This document shows positions 32,369 to 41,232 of a stretch of DNA of 64,000 nucleotides, piece after piece. The notes under the pieces were generated by a model. The model was not told the DNA's origin, did not search any database, and was given only the letters and a program-made list of their open reading frames with translations. This DNA is from Anaeromyxobacter sp. GTDB taxonomy: Bacteria > Myxococcota > Myxococcia > Myxococcales > Anaeromyxobacteraceae. The stretch lies in assembly GCA_049840735.1 (NCBI GenBank), contig JASGJN010000010.1, forward strand, positions 34,242 to 98,241. Direction: 5' to 3'. The first letter of the stretch is position 1; each line of letters starts with the position of its first letter. The position numbers were made by a program, and so were the translations under genes.

Positions 32369-33916
32369 ATGAGCGACACCCCCAAGCCCAACCTCTCACG
32401 GCGCGGATTCCTGAGGAGCGGCGGCGCGGCCGCGCTGGCCGGCGTCGCCGCCACGGCCCTCCCCGGCAGCGCCCAGGCGGCGGACGCCGCCTGCCCCGGC
32501 GCCCTCCCTTCCCGCTGGGACGAGTCCGTCGACGTGCTCGTCGTCGGCACCGGCTTCGCCGGCCTCACCGCCGCCATCGAGGCGCGGGACGCCGGCGCGA
32601 GCGTGCTGGTGCTGGAGAAGATGCCGGTGCACGGCGGCAACTCGATCATCAACGGCGGCGACTTCGCCGCGGCCGGCAACAGCCTGCAGGCGGAGGCCGG
32701 CGTCAAGGACTCGGCCGAGCAGATGCTGAAGGACATGCTCAAGGCCGGCTCGAACCTGAACCACCCCGAGCTGGCGCGGCTGGTGGCGGAGCGGTCCAAC
32801 GAGACGCTGGAGTGGTGCAAGACCTACGTGGGCGCCCGCTTCGCCAAGCTCAACTTCCACGGCGGCCACTCGGTGAAGCGCTCCGTCCAGTGCGTGGGCG
32901 GCTCCGGCGCCGAGCTGGTGAACAAGCTCCTCGCCAAGGCGCAGGCGCTGGGGGCCAAGGTGGAGACCCGGGCCAAGGTCGTCCGGCTCGTGACCGGCAA
33001 GGGCGGCCGCGTGGTCGGCGCGGAGGTGAAGCGCGGCTACCTGTGGCCGAAGGAGGACTCGGGCCACACCGTGTTCATCCAGGCGCGGCGCGCGCTGGTG
33101 CTCGCGTCCGGCGGCTTCTCCCAGGACGTCCGGCTGCGCCGGCTGCACGACCCGCGCATCACGCCGGAGTTCGAGTCCACCAACCACCCGGGCGCCACCG
33201 GCGAGGCGCTCCTGGCCGCCATGCGCGCCGGGGCGATGGACCTGCAGATGGACTGGATCCAGCTCGGGCCCTGGACCAGCCCGGACGAGAAGGGCTTCGG
33301 CCAGACCCCGCAGTTCTGCGAGCGGATCGTCGGCTACGGCCTGATGGTGGACCCGAAGACCGGCAAGCGCTTCTTCAAGGAGACCGGCAACCGCAAGGAG
33401 CGCGCCGACGCCATCCTGGCCCTCGGCCACCCGGTGGTGATCCTGGCCGACTCGGTCAACGTCGCGAAGAACGTGCTGCCGGTGACCCTGGAGAAGGGGC
33501 TCGAGAACGGCGCCGTCCGGCGGTTCGACTCGCTGGAGGCGCTGGCGGCCGCGTACGGCCTCCCGGCCCAGGCCTTCCTCGAGGAGGTGGCGAAGTTCAA
33601 CGGCTACGTCGAGAAGGGCAAGGACCCCGACTTCGACTGCAAGATCTTCCCCGACGCGAAGCCCAACGTGACCGGTCCGTTCTACGCGGCCCGGCTCTGG
33701 CCGCGCGTCCACCACACCATGGGCGGCCTGGCCATCGACGCCGAGGCCCGCGTGCTGGGGCTCGACTTCGCCCCCATCCCCGGCCTGTACGCCGCGGGCG
33801 AGGTGGCCGGCGGCGTGCACGGCGCCGTGCGCCTCGGGTCGGTCGCCATGGCCGACTGTGTCGTCTTCGGGCGCATCGCCGGCCGGAACGCCGGGCACGA
33901 GAAGCCCTGGGCGTGA
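32369..33916 (+). CDS. Tat-exported flavocytochrome c flavin subunit (FccA/Frd family reductase)
   Basis: SRRGFL Tat motif, VVGTGFAG, GGNS, GGHSVKR, VHHTMGG, YAAGEVAGGVHGAVRLGS. Confidence 0.92.
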   Translation: MSDTPKPNLSRRGFLRSGGAAALAGVAATALPGSAQAADAACPGALPSRWDESVDVLVVGTGFAGLTAAIEARDAGASVLVLEKMPVHGGNSIINGGDFAAAGNSLQAEAGVKDSAEQMLKDMLKAGSNLNHPELARLVAERSNETLEWCKTYVGARFAKLNFHGGHSVKRSVQCVGGSGAELVNKLLAKAQALGAKVETRAKVVRLVTGKGGRVVGAEVKRGYLWPKEDSGHTVFIQARRALVLASGGFSQDVRLRRLHDPRITPEFESTNHPGATGEALLAAMRAGAMDLQMDWIQLGPWTSPDEKGFGQTPQFCERIVGYGLMVDPKTGKRFFKETGNRKERADAILALGHPVVILADSVNVAKNVLPVTLEKGLENGAVRRFDSLEALAAAYGLPAQAFLEEVAKFNGYVEKGKDPDFDCKIFPDAKPNVTGPFYAARLWPRVHHTMGGLAIDAEARVLGLDFAPIPGLYAAGEVAGGVHGAVRLGSVAMADCVVFGRIAGRNAGHEKPWA

Positions 33917-33951
33917 GCGAGCCCATTCACGGAGAGGAAAGACCCCACACC

Positions 33952-34347
33952 ATGTCCCCGCACGCCCGTCGCAGCCTCGTCCTGGCCCTGGCCCTGGTGG
34001 CCTCGGCCCCGCTCCTCGCGCTGGCCGCCCCGAAGGCCGCCCCCAAGGCCGGCGCCGCCCCCGCCCACGCCCTCCGGGCGGACAACCCCCACCTCGCGGC
34101 CGGCGTCGGCTGCGCCGACTGCCACGGCAAGGGGAAGGTGAAGGGGCCGGCCGCCGCGGCCACCTGCCTCTCCTGCCACGGCCCAGCCGAGAAGGTGGCG
34201 GAGGCGACCGCCGCGGTGAAGCCGGAGAACCCGCACGCCTCGCCGCACTGGGGCGCGACCATGGAGTGCTTCGTCTGCCACCGGCAGCACGAGCCCACCG
34301 TCAACTGGTGCGCGCACTGCCACACCTTCGACTTCAAGGTGCCGTAG
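33952..34347 (+). CDS. small tetraheme cytochrome c
   Basis: signal peptide plus CADCH, CLSCH, CFVCH, CAHCH and NPHASPH. Confidence 0.92.
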   Translation: MSPHARRSLVLALALVASAPLLALAAPKAAPKAGAAPAHALRADNPHLAAGVGCADCHGKGKVKGPAAAATCLSCHGPAEKVAEATAAVKPENPHASPHWGATMECFVCHRQHEPTVNWCAHCHTFDFKVP

Positions 34348-34389
34348 CCGGCCAGGCCGCGCCGCCCGGGTCCGCCCGGGCGGCGCCGC

Positions 34390-36006
34390 TCACAGGCCGT
34401 AGGTCTTGAGCTTGCGGTAGAGGGTGGCGAGGCCGATGCGCAGCGCGGCTGCGGCCTGCGCCTTGTTGCCGCCGGTGGCCTTGATCGCCGCCAGGATGTG
34501 CTCGCGCTCCACCTCGTCCAGCGGCCGGATGGGCCCGGCGCCGGCCGGGGAGGGCGGGGCGTTGCGCAGCTCCTCCGGCAGGTCCTCGCCGGTGATGGCC
34601 GGCTCGCGGCAGAGCGCCACCGCGTACTCGATGGCGTTCTGCAGCTCGCGGACGTTCCCTGGCCACGGGTAGCGGACCAGGTGCTCGGCGGCGTCGGAGG
34701 TGAGGCCGGGCGCCTCGGCCCCGCGGCGGTGGGAGAGCTCCGCCAGGAAGTGCCAGGCCAGCGGCACCACGTCCTCGGGCCGCTCGCGCAGGGCCGGGAC
34801 CCGCAGCTCGATCACGTGCAGGCGGTAGTAGAGGTCCTGCCGGAAGCGGCCGGCCTTCACCTCGGCCGCCAGGTCGCGGTGGGTGGCGGCCACGATGCGC
34901 ACGTCCACCTTGCGGGACCGGCTCTCGCCGATGCGCCGGATCTCCCGCTCCTGCAGCGCCCGGAGCAGCTTCACCTGCATGGGCCCGGGGATCTCGCCCA
35001 TCTCGTCCAGGAAGAGCGTGCCGCCGCTGGCGGCCTCGAAGAGCCCGACCGCCTCGGCGTCGGCGCCGGTGAAGGCGCCCTTGGCGTGGCCGAAGAGCTC
35101 GCGCTCCAGCAGCGTCTCGGGGATGGCGCCGCAGTTGAGGGCCACGAAGGGCTTGCCGGCCCGGGCGGACTCGGTGTGGATGAGCCGGGCGACGCGCTCC
35201 TTGCCCACGCCGCTCTCGCCGCTCACGATGATGGACGAGTCGGTGCGCGCGATGCGGCGGGCCTGCTCGATGGTGCGTCGCATGGCGCCGCTGCGGGCGA
35301 TCATCCCCGAGGCGTCCTCGTCCGCCCGGTCCAGCATGGAGAGCTCCTGGCGCCGCGCCCGGAGCTGCCGTTCGGCCTTCTTGAGCTTGGCCGTCACGTC
35401 CTTGAGGGCGTGGTCCAGGGACTCCATCCGGTAGAAGGGCAGGACGCGCTGCAGCTCGGTGCCCCAGGCCTCCTTGAAGCGCGCCGCCACGTGGCAGGCG
35501 GCGTCGCCCTTGCCCGAGCACCGGTCCTCGATGAAGTAGACCTCGCGCCCCTCCTTGAAGGACGCGTAGCCGCTGGCGAAGCCGACCGTGGTCCAGCAGA
35601 CGGGCTCGTCGGCCAGGCCGACGTGGAGCAGGTGCTGCTCGGCCTCGTAGGACTGGTTCCAGATGGTCTCGATGAGCGGCGCCTCGCCGAGGCCGTCGGT
35701 CCGGGTGTTCCTGCCCAGCACGAACTGCCCCTTGAGCGGCGGCAGGTGGGGGCCGGTCTTGCCTTCGTTCCAGAGGTCGGGGTGCTCGTGCTTGAGCGCC
35801 TCGGCCACGCGCCAGCCGTGCGCGAAGCCGAACCGGGTCAGGATGCCCTGGGCCGCGAAGGCGCCCACCGTGTCGACGAGCTCCTTGCGCAGCAGGCCCA
35901 GCGCCACGGCGTCGAACACCACCGCGCGCTGCCCCATGAAGCGGATCACGCCGCCCTTGGGGCCGAAGGTGAGCAGCTCTCGCAGGTCCAGGTCGGCGGC
36001 GCGCAC
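34390..36006 (-). CDS. XylR/DmpR-like sigma54-dependent activator (XylR_N-V4R-AAA-Fis HTH)
   Basis: SYEAEQH..PVCW..GFASGY..C..KGD..C sensor domain; [39 protein letters not shown]. Confidence 0.93.
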   Translation of the reverse strand: MRAADLDLRELLTFGPKGGVIRFMGQRAVVFDAVALGLLRKELVDTVGAFAAQGILTRFGFAHGWRVAEALKHEHPDLWNEGKTGPHLPPLKGQFVLGRNTRTDGLGEAPLIETIWNQSYEAEQHLLHVGLADEPVCWTTVGFASGYASFKEGREVYFIEDRCSGKGDAACHVAARFKEAWGTELQRVLPFYRMESLDHALKDVTAKLKKAERQLRARRQELSMLDRADEDASGMIARSGAMRRTIEQARRIARTDSSIIVSGESGVGKERVARLIHTESARAGKPFVALNCGAIPETLLERELFGHAKGAFTGADAEAVGLFEAASGGTLFLDEMGEIPGPMQVKLLRALQEREIRRIGESRSRKVDVRIVAATHRDLAAEVKAGRFRQDLYYRLHVIELRVPALRERPEDVVPLAWHFLAELSHRRGAEAPGLTSDAAEHLVRYPWPGNVRELQNAIEYAVALCREPAITGEDLPEELRNAPPSPAGAGPIRPLDEVEREHILAAIKATGGNKAQAAAALRIGLATLYRKLKTYGL

Positions 36007-36017
36007 CGGGCGTCCTT

Positions 36018-36050
36018 TCTCGAAACGAGAGGACCCTTATCAGATCGAGG
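36018..36050. promoter_or_regulatory. second pair of TCTCRnnnYGAGA-type sites overlapping the activator's RBS region
   Basis: TCTCGAAACGAGA at 36018-36030 (exact reverse complement of the 32236 site) and degenerate TATCAGATCGAGG at 36038-36050. Confidence 0.68.
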
Positions 36051-36147
36051 AGCCACGGCGAAAGGCGTCGGAGGTCGGGCGAGGTGCGCCTCCGCGGAAG
36101 GTCCGGTCTTCCCGCGGGCCTGCCGAACGGGTCGCCGGCCGCGGCGC

Positions 36148-36163
36148 TGGCGCGGGGCTTGTA
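36148..36163 (+). promoter_or_regulatory. sigma54-like promoter of tatA
   Basis: TGGCGCGGGGCTTGTA; -24 intact, -12 reads TTGT rather than TTGC. Confidence 0.55.
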
Positions 36164-36193
36164 GAGGCCAAGCCGGAAGGAAGGGAGACATCC

Positions 36194-36391
36194 ATGTTCG
36201 GACTTCGAATGCCGGAGCTCTTGCTCATCCTGGGGGTCGTGGTCCTGCTCTTCGGCGGCAAGAAGCTGCCGGCGCTGGGCGCCGGCCTCGGCAACGGCAT
36301 CCGCAGCTTCAAGCGGGCGATGGCCGGCGAGGAGGTCGCGCCGCCGGCGCCGGCCCCGGTCGCGGCGGAGGAGCAGCCGCCGGGCCGGTGA
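36194..36391 (+). CDS. tatA: twin-arginine translocase TatA/TatE subunit
   Basis: [40 protein letters not shown]. Confidence 0.93.
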   Translation: MFGLRMPELLLILGVVVLLFGGKKLPALGAGLGNGIRSFKRAMAGEEVAPPAPAPVAAEEQPPGR

Positions 36392-36454
36392 GCGCGGGCG
36401 GGCCCGCGCGCCTTCTGCGGTGGCTTCCGACCGGCGCCTGGGTTAGGACTGGCC

Positions 36455-37459
36455 ATGGCGCGCGAGCTCTCGGATTTGCACATCCACGTCGGCGGCGCAG
36501 TCGCCCCGCACATCCTCTGGTCCATCGCCCACGATCAAGGCTTCAAGCTCCCGGTGCAGGACTACTGGGAGTTCAAGGAGCTGGTCTCTGCCCGGCCCGG
36601 CAAGGTCCGCTCGCTGGACGAGTACCTGGCCGTGATGCACCAGTGGACGGAGAAGATCCAGTCGTCGCCGCAGGCGATGGAGCGGAGCGTCTACGAGGTG
36701 ATCGGCAAGGAGTACCGCTCCTCGCGCGTGTCGCTCATCGAGCCGCGCTTCAACCCCATGAAGCGCAACGTGGGCGGCGAGCGGGACCTGGACCACATCA
36801 TCCACGCCGCGCTGCGCGGCATGGATCGCGCGGTGCTCGAGTACGGCGTGCAGGCCGGGCTGATCTTCTGCCTGGCCCGCGAGTTTCCGCTGGAGCTGAA
36901 CCAGATCATCGTCGAGAAGGCCATCCGCTACCGCCGCCGCGGCGTGGTGGGCATCGACCTGGCCGGCACCGAGCGCAACGCCATCGAGCTCATGCCGGCC
37001 GAGGTGAAGCGCTACCGCGAGCTGTTCCAGGCCGCGCGCAAGGCCGGCCTCAAGACCACCGTCCACACCGGCGAGACCGCCGGCACCGGCGCCGAGGGCG
37101 TCCGGGCCGTGGTGGAGGAGCTGGAGCCGGAGCGCATCGGCCACGGCATCTGCGCCGCCCGCGACCTGCGGGTGATGGACCTCCTGCGCGAGCGCGGCGT
37201 GGTGCTGGAGATCTGCCCGTCGTCGAACCTGGCCACGCGCGCGGTGGGCTCGCTGGAGGAGCTGGGATCGATCCTGGGGCGCTTCTGGGAGCGGGGCGTG
37301 AAGTTCACGCTCAACACGGATGGTCCGTACCTGCTGGACACGAACATGCGCAGCGAGGTGCGGATGCTGCGCGAGGCGAACGTCCTCTCGGAGGAGCAGG
37401 TGGACCAGGCGCTGCGCTGGGCGCGGGAGGCGACGTTCATCGCGGGGGAAGCGGCGTAG
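36455..37459 (+). CDS. adenosine deaminase family amidohydrolase
   Basis: DLHIH, GIDLAG, VHTGE, RIGHG, EICPSSN, NTDGP. Confidence 0.85.
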   Translation: MARELSDLHIHVGGAVAPHILWSIAHDQGFKLPVQDYWEFKELVSARPGKVRSLDEYLAVMHQWTEKIQSSPQAMERSVYEVIGKEYRSSRVSLIEPRFNPMKRNVGGERDLDHIIHAALRGMDRAVLEYGVQAGLIFCLAREFPLELNQIIVEKAIRYRRRGVVGIDLAGTERNAIELMPAEVKRYRELFQAARKAGLKTTVHTGETAGTGAEGVRAVVEELEPERIGHGICAARDLRVMDLLRERGVVLEICPSSNLATRAVGSLEELGSILGRFWERGVKFTLNTDGPYLLDTNMRSEVRMLREANVLSEEQVDQALRWAREATFIAGEAA

Positions 37460-37475
37460 GGACCGGACCTTCGAC

Positions 37476-38274
37476 GTTGGCCTTCGACTCCGCCGCGGCG
37501 GTGCCGCGGCTACGCTCAGGCCGAACGGCTCCGACGATGGCTCGGTTCAAGCGTTTCCGTTGGCCTTCGACTCCGCCGCGGCGGTGCCGCGGCTACGCTC
37601 AGGCCGAACGGCTCCGACGATGCCTCGGTTCAAGCGTTTCCGTTGGCCTTCGACTCCGCCGCGGCGGTGCCGCGGCTACGCTCAGGCCGAACGGCTCCGA
37701 CGATGGCTCGGTTCAAGCGTTTCCGTTGGCCTTCGACTCCGCCGCGGCGGTGCCGCGGCTACGCTCAGGCCGAACGGCTTCGAAGATGCTCGGTTCAAGC
37801 ATTTCCGTTGGCCTTCGACTCCGCCGCGGCGGTGCCGCGGCTAACTTCAGGCCGAACGGCTCCGACGATGGCTCGGTTCAAGCGTTTCCGTTGGCCTTCG
37901 ACTCCGCCGCGGCGGTGCCGCGGCTAACTTCAGGCCGAACGGCTCCGACGATGGCTCGGTTCAAGCATTTCCGTTGGCCTTCGACTCCGCCGCGGCGGTG
38001 CCGCGGCTACGCTCAGGCCGAACGGCTTCGAAGATGCTCGGTTCAAGCATTTCCGTTGGCCTTCGACTCCGCCGCGGCGGTGCCGCGGCTACGCTCAGGC
38101 CGAACGGCTTCGAAGATGCTCGGTTCAAGCATTTCCGTTGGCCTTCGACTCCGCCGCGGCGGTGCCGCGGCTACGCTCAGGCCGAACGGCTCCGACGATG
38201 GCTCGGTTCAAGCGTTTCCGTTCGGCCTGAGCGTAGGGGCCGCCACCGGCGGCCCCGGAGTCGAAGGCCAGGGG
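37476..38274. repeat. tandem array of nine 82-83 bp REP-like units capped by one inverted copy
   Basis: units start at 37476, 37559, 37642, 37725, 37807, 37890, 37973, 38055 and 38137 (GTTGGCCTTCGACTCCGCCGCGGCGGTGCCGCGGCTACGCTCAGGCCGAACGG plus linker); inverted copy at 38218-38270. Confidence 0.95.
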
Positions 38275-38283
38275 CCGAGCAGG

Positions 38284-39240
38284 TCAACGCCCCCCGACCG
38301 ACCTCAGCACCGACCCCAGGTCGAGCGTGCGGGCGCGCTGGGCTATCTCGGCGCCGTACTGGCCTTGGACCTGGCGGGCCTGGCCGAGCAGGTCCTGGAA
38401 GGCCTGGCGCAGGCCGGCGGCGTCGAGCTGGCGGCCGCCGGCGTAGTAGCGCTTGGCCACGTGGCCGAGCGCGTAGGTGCTGGCGAAGGAGAAGGCGGCG
38501 CCGGTGGCCTCGCCGCCCAGGCCGCGCAGGAGGCCGCCGCCCAGGACGCCCAGCAGGCCGCCGACGATCTTGCGGCCGAACTGCTCGACGTACTGCGAGG
38601 TGAGGCCGACGCCGGCGGTGGCCAGCAGGTCCTTCACGTGGCCGCGGTCCAGCTCGTAGCCGTGGGCCTTGCCCACCTCGTAGACCAGCTTCATCTGCAG
38701 CGGGAGGATGGCCATGGTGGCCATCGACTCGGGCAAGAGCTCCAGCGCGCCGTTCAGGATGGCGTAGTTGAGGATGGAGCGGTCCAGCGCGGCGGTGTCG
38801 GGGCTGGCCGGGGAGGCGGCCGCTGCGGGGGTGGTCGGCGGCGGCGGCGGGGCGCCGGCGGCCAGCGGCGCTGACGCCACCGCGTCGGCGAGCGCCACGG
38901 ACTCCCGCGCCTCGGGCGGCAGCCCCAGCGCGGCCCGCAGCTGCTCCAGGAAGGCGCGCTCGGCAGGCGAGGCGGCGCCGTCCGCGCCGCAGACCACCAC
39001 CGCCATCTCCCAGGCGTACCGCTTCACCTCCGGCGTGGCGATCCCGGCGGCGGCCAGCTCCAGCGTGGTCCGGCCCAGCAGCACGTCCTGGTAGACGCTG
39101 GCGATGGCGGCGCCGTCGCCCCCGGCGGCGAGCGCGTCGGCGATGTCTTTCAGCTCGGCACGCTCGCGGTCGGTGATCCCGTCGGCCTGGGCGGCGAGGA
39201 GGCAGATGGCCAGCGTAGAGCGCTTCTCCTGATCGGTCAT
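38284..39240 (-). CDS. TerB/DUF533-like N-terminal domain fused to a DUF697/YcjF-like domain
   Basis: AAQADGITDRER and VCGADGAASPAERAFL (TerB-like ADG motifs); ILPLQMKLVYEVGKAHG and FASTYALG. Confidence 0.7.
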   Translation of the reverse strand: MTDQEKRSTLAICLLAAQADGITDRERAELKDIADALAAGGDGAAIASVYQDVLLGRTTLELAAAGIATPEVKRYAWEMAVVVCGADGAASPAERAFLEQLRAALGLPPEARESVALADAVASAPLAAGAPPPPPTTPAAAASPASPDTAALDRSILNYAILNGALELLPESMATMAILPLQMKLVYEVGKAHGYELDRGHVKDLLATAGVGLTSQYVEQFGRKIVGGLLGVLGGGLLRGLGGEATGAAFSFASTYALGHVAKRYYAGGRQLDAAGLRQAFQDLLGQARQVQGQYGAEIAQRARTLDLGSVLRSVGGR

Positions 39241-39333
39241 GGCCAGGACGTTAGCGCACCGCCGCAGGCGCGGCGCGTCACGGTTGAGCGTGCGGGCCGT
39301 GATCATATCGGCCCGAATCAAGATGGCGATGGT

Positions 39334-39578
39334 CCCCTGGCCTTCGACTCCGCCGCGGCGTGGCCGCGGCTACGCTCAGGCCGAACGGCTCCGAAACGGG
39401 CTCGGCCCAAGGGTTTCCGTTTGGCCTTCGACTCCGCCGTGGCGTGGCCGCGGCTACGCTCAGGCCGAACGGAGCCGTGTCTGGCCGGACGGAATCGCCT
39501 TGCCGCGCCTGTTGTTCGGACCCGTTCGGCCTGAGCGTAGGGGCCGCCCTCGGCGGCCCCGGAGTCGAAGGCCAGGGG
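39334..39578. repeat. second REP-like cluster: two direct copies and one inverted copy
   Basis: ends form the inverted repeat CCCCTGGCCTTCGACTCCG / CGGAGTCGAAGGCCAGGGG. Confidence 0.92.
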
Positions 39579-39600
39579 TCTTCGCCAGGCCAGGGCCCCG

Positions 39601-41217
39601 CTACGCCACCAGCACCGCGCCCAGGTGCTCCGGCCGGACCGCGCCGTCCTCCAGCAGCGGCGCGAGCTCGGAGGCCTTGGCGCGGGCCAGCTCCAGCAGC
39701 AGGGCGCCGGCCTCGCCGCGCTGGGCCAGGCGCGGGTCCTCGATCGACGCGAGCGCCCGCGCGGCGGCGGGGAGGTCGCCGGCGGCGAGCGGGGCGGGGG
39801 CGAAGGCGCGGCCGAGCCGCTCGTTGGCGAGGGCGGTGAGGTAGAGCGTGGAGAGGCGCGGGGCGAGCGGGCCGTCCACCTGGGCGTCCAGCGCCAGGTC
39901 GCGGGCGATGGCGGCCAGCCCCTCGCCCAGCGCGAGGGCATCGGCGGTGCAAGCGAGCTCCTCCGACGAGAGGAAGCGGCGCGGCTCGAAGGCGCCGGCG
40001 GCGGGGGAGCCCCAGTCCTCGCGGGGGGCCTCCAGGCCGGGGAAGTAGCGGGGGCGCTTGGCGGCCAGCGCGGAGACGGCCTCGCCCAGCGGCGCGTCCA
40101 GCAGCGGCGCCTCGCGCCTGCCGGCGCCGCCGGCCTTGAGCAGCCGCTCGGCGCGCCACTTGAGCTCGAGGATCCGGCCGAAGCCCTCCTGGAAGAGCCG
40201 CTTCACGGGGGTCTCGGCCAGCACCTGGGCGGCGCGGGCGGCGTCGTCCCCGGCCAGCCTGTCCAGCCCCAGCTCCAGCGTGGCCCGCGCGGCCGCGAAG
40301 GCGGCGCGCACGGCGTCCGGGTCGCCCACGTCCACGGCGTCGGCCACCAGCACGGCGTTGGCGGCGGCGATGATCTCGCGCTCCAGCGCGTCGCGCTCCT
40401 CCGGCGGCTGGGCGGCGGCGGCCTGATCCAGGCGCGAGCCGCGGCCGAGCGTGGCCAGGAAGAAGCCGGCCGGGCGGGCAGGGGCGCCGGCGGGGTGCGG
40501 GGCCGGGATGGCGGGCGGGCGCGCGAACCAGGAGAGCGCCTCCTCCAGCGACGGGTGGCCCAGGTCGGCCAGGCGGCCGGTGCGCCAGCGCAGCGCCGAC
40601 TCCTCCAGCTCGCTGGGCGCGTCCCACTGGATGGCGGAGAGCAGGCGGGAGGCGGCGAACGGGTCCTCGTAGTAGAGGTCGTCGAGGATCCCCTTCACCG
40701 CCAGGTAATCGGTCCCCTCCAGCAGGAACTCGATCACGTACTTGTTCTCCGGCGTCCGCATGAAGCGGTCGCTCGTGAGCTCCGGGTCCGGGTCCTGCTC
40801 CAGGTCGTGCAGGCGGATGGCGTCGCGCAGGACCAGGTGCAGCAGCTCCGGGTCCAGCCCGCGCAGCTTGCGGGTCCAGCGGGCGGCGGCCTTGGGCTCG
40901 AGGTGCGCGCCGGCGCGGGCGGCCCGCAGCCAGGGCAGGGTGCGGCGGGGGTCGAGCCGGTCGGCCTTCCAGGCGTCCAGGTCGAGCAGGGTGCGGAACT
41001 GCTCCGGGGAGGCCAGCGGCACCAGCGCCGCGGCGTCGGCCAGGCCGATGTCGCGGATGGTGAAGTACAGCTCGTCGGCGGGCAGGGCCCGCACCAGCGC
41101 GGCCGGGTCGCGCGCCTCGAGGATCACATCGACCCGCTTCTTGCCCCGGGCGGCGGCCAGCGCCTGGCGGGCCGCGGCCAGCTCGGCGGGGGCGAGCGAC
41201 TTCTCTTCCTTGGCCAT
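39601..41217 (-). CDS. conserved hypothetical protein (DUF6178-like)
   Basis: ELYFTIRDIG, FRTLLDLDAW, ELEESALRWRTGRLADLG; family name is from recollection. Confidence 0.7.
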   Translation of the reverse strand: MAKEEKSLAPAELAAARQALAAARGKKRVDVILEARDPAALVRALPADELYFTIRDIGLADAAALVPLASPEQFRTLLDLDAWKADRLDPRRTLPWLRAARAGAHLEPKAAARWTRKLRGLDPELLHLVLRDAIRLHDLEQDPDPELTSDRFMRTPENKYVIEFLLEGTDYLAVKGILDDLYYEDPFAASRLLSAIQWDAPSELEESALRWRTGRLADLGHPSLEEALSWFARPPAIPAPHPAGAPARPAGFFLATLGRGSRLDQAAAAQPPEERDALEREIIAAANAVLVADAVDVGDPDAVRAAFAAARATLELGLDRLAGDDAARAAQVLAETPVKRLFQEGFGRILELKWRAERLLKAGGAGRREAPLLDAPLGEAVSALAAKRPRYFPGLEAPREDWGSPAAGAFEPRRFLSSEELACTADALALGEGLAAIARDLALDAQVDGPLAPRLSTLYLTALANERLGRAFAPAPLAAGDLPAAARALASIEDPRLAQRGEAGALLLELARAKASELAPLLEDGAVRPEHLGAVLVA

Positions 41218-41232
41218 CCCGTGTCCTCCCGT

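Noticed and set aside
37476..38274. CRISPR array
   Set aside because: The segments between the conserved parts are near-identical (two or three variants) rather than unique spacers, no cas genes are present, and the same element occurs as dispersed single copies.
37320..38603. ORFs reading through the repeat array (37320-37844, 37643-37927, 37974-38603)
   Set aside because: The unit length of 82-83 bp is not a multiple of three, so frames rotate between units; these are by-products of stop-poor GC-rich repeats.
34498..38874. 1458-aa plus-strand ORF
   Set aside because: Antisense or off-frame shadow over the activator, tatA, the deaminase and the array, with no recognisable motifs.
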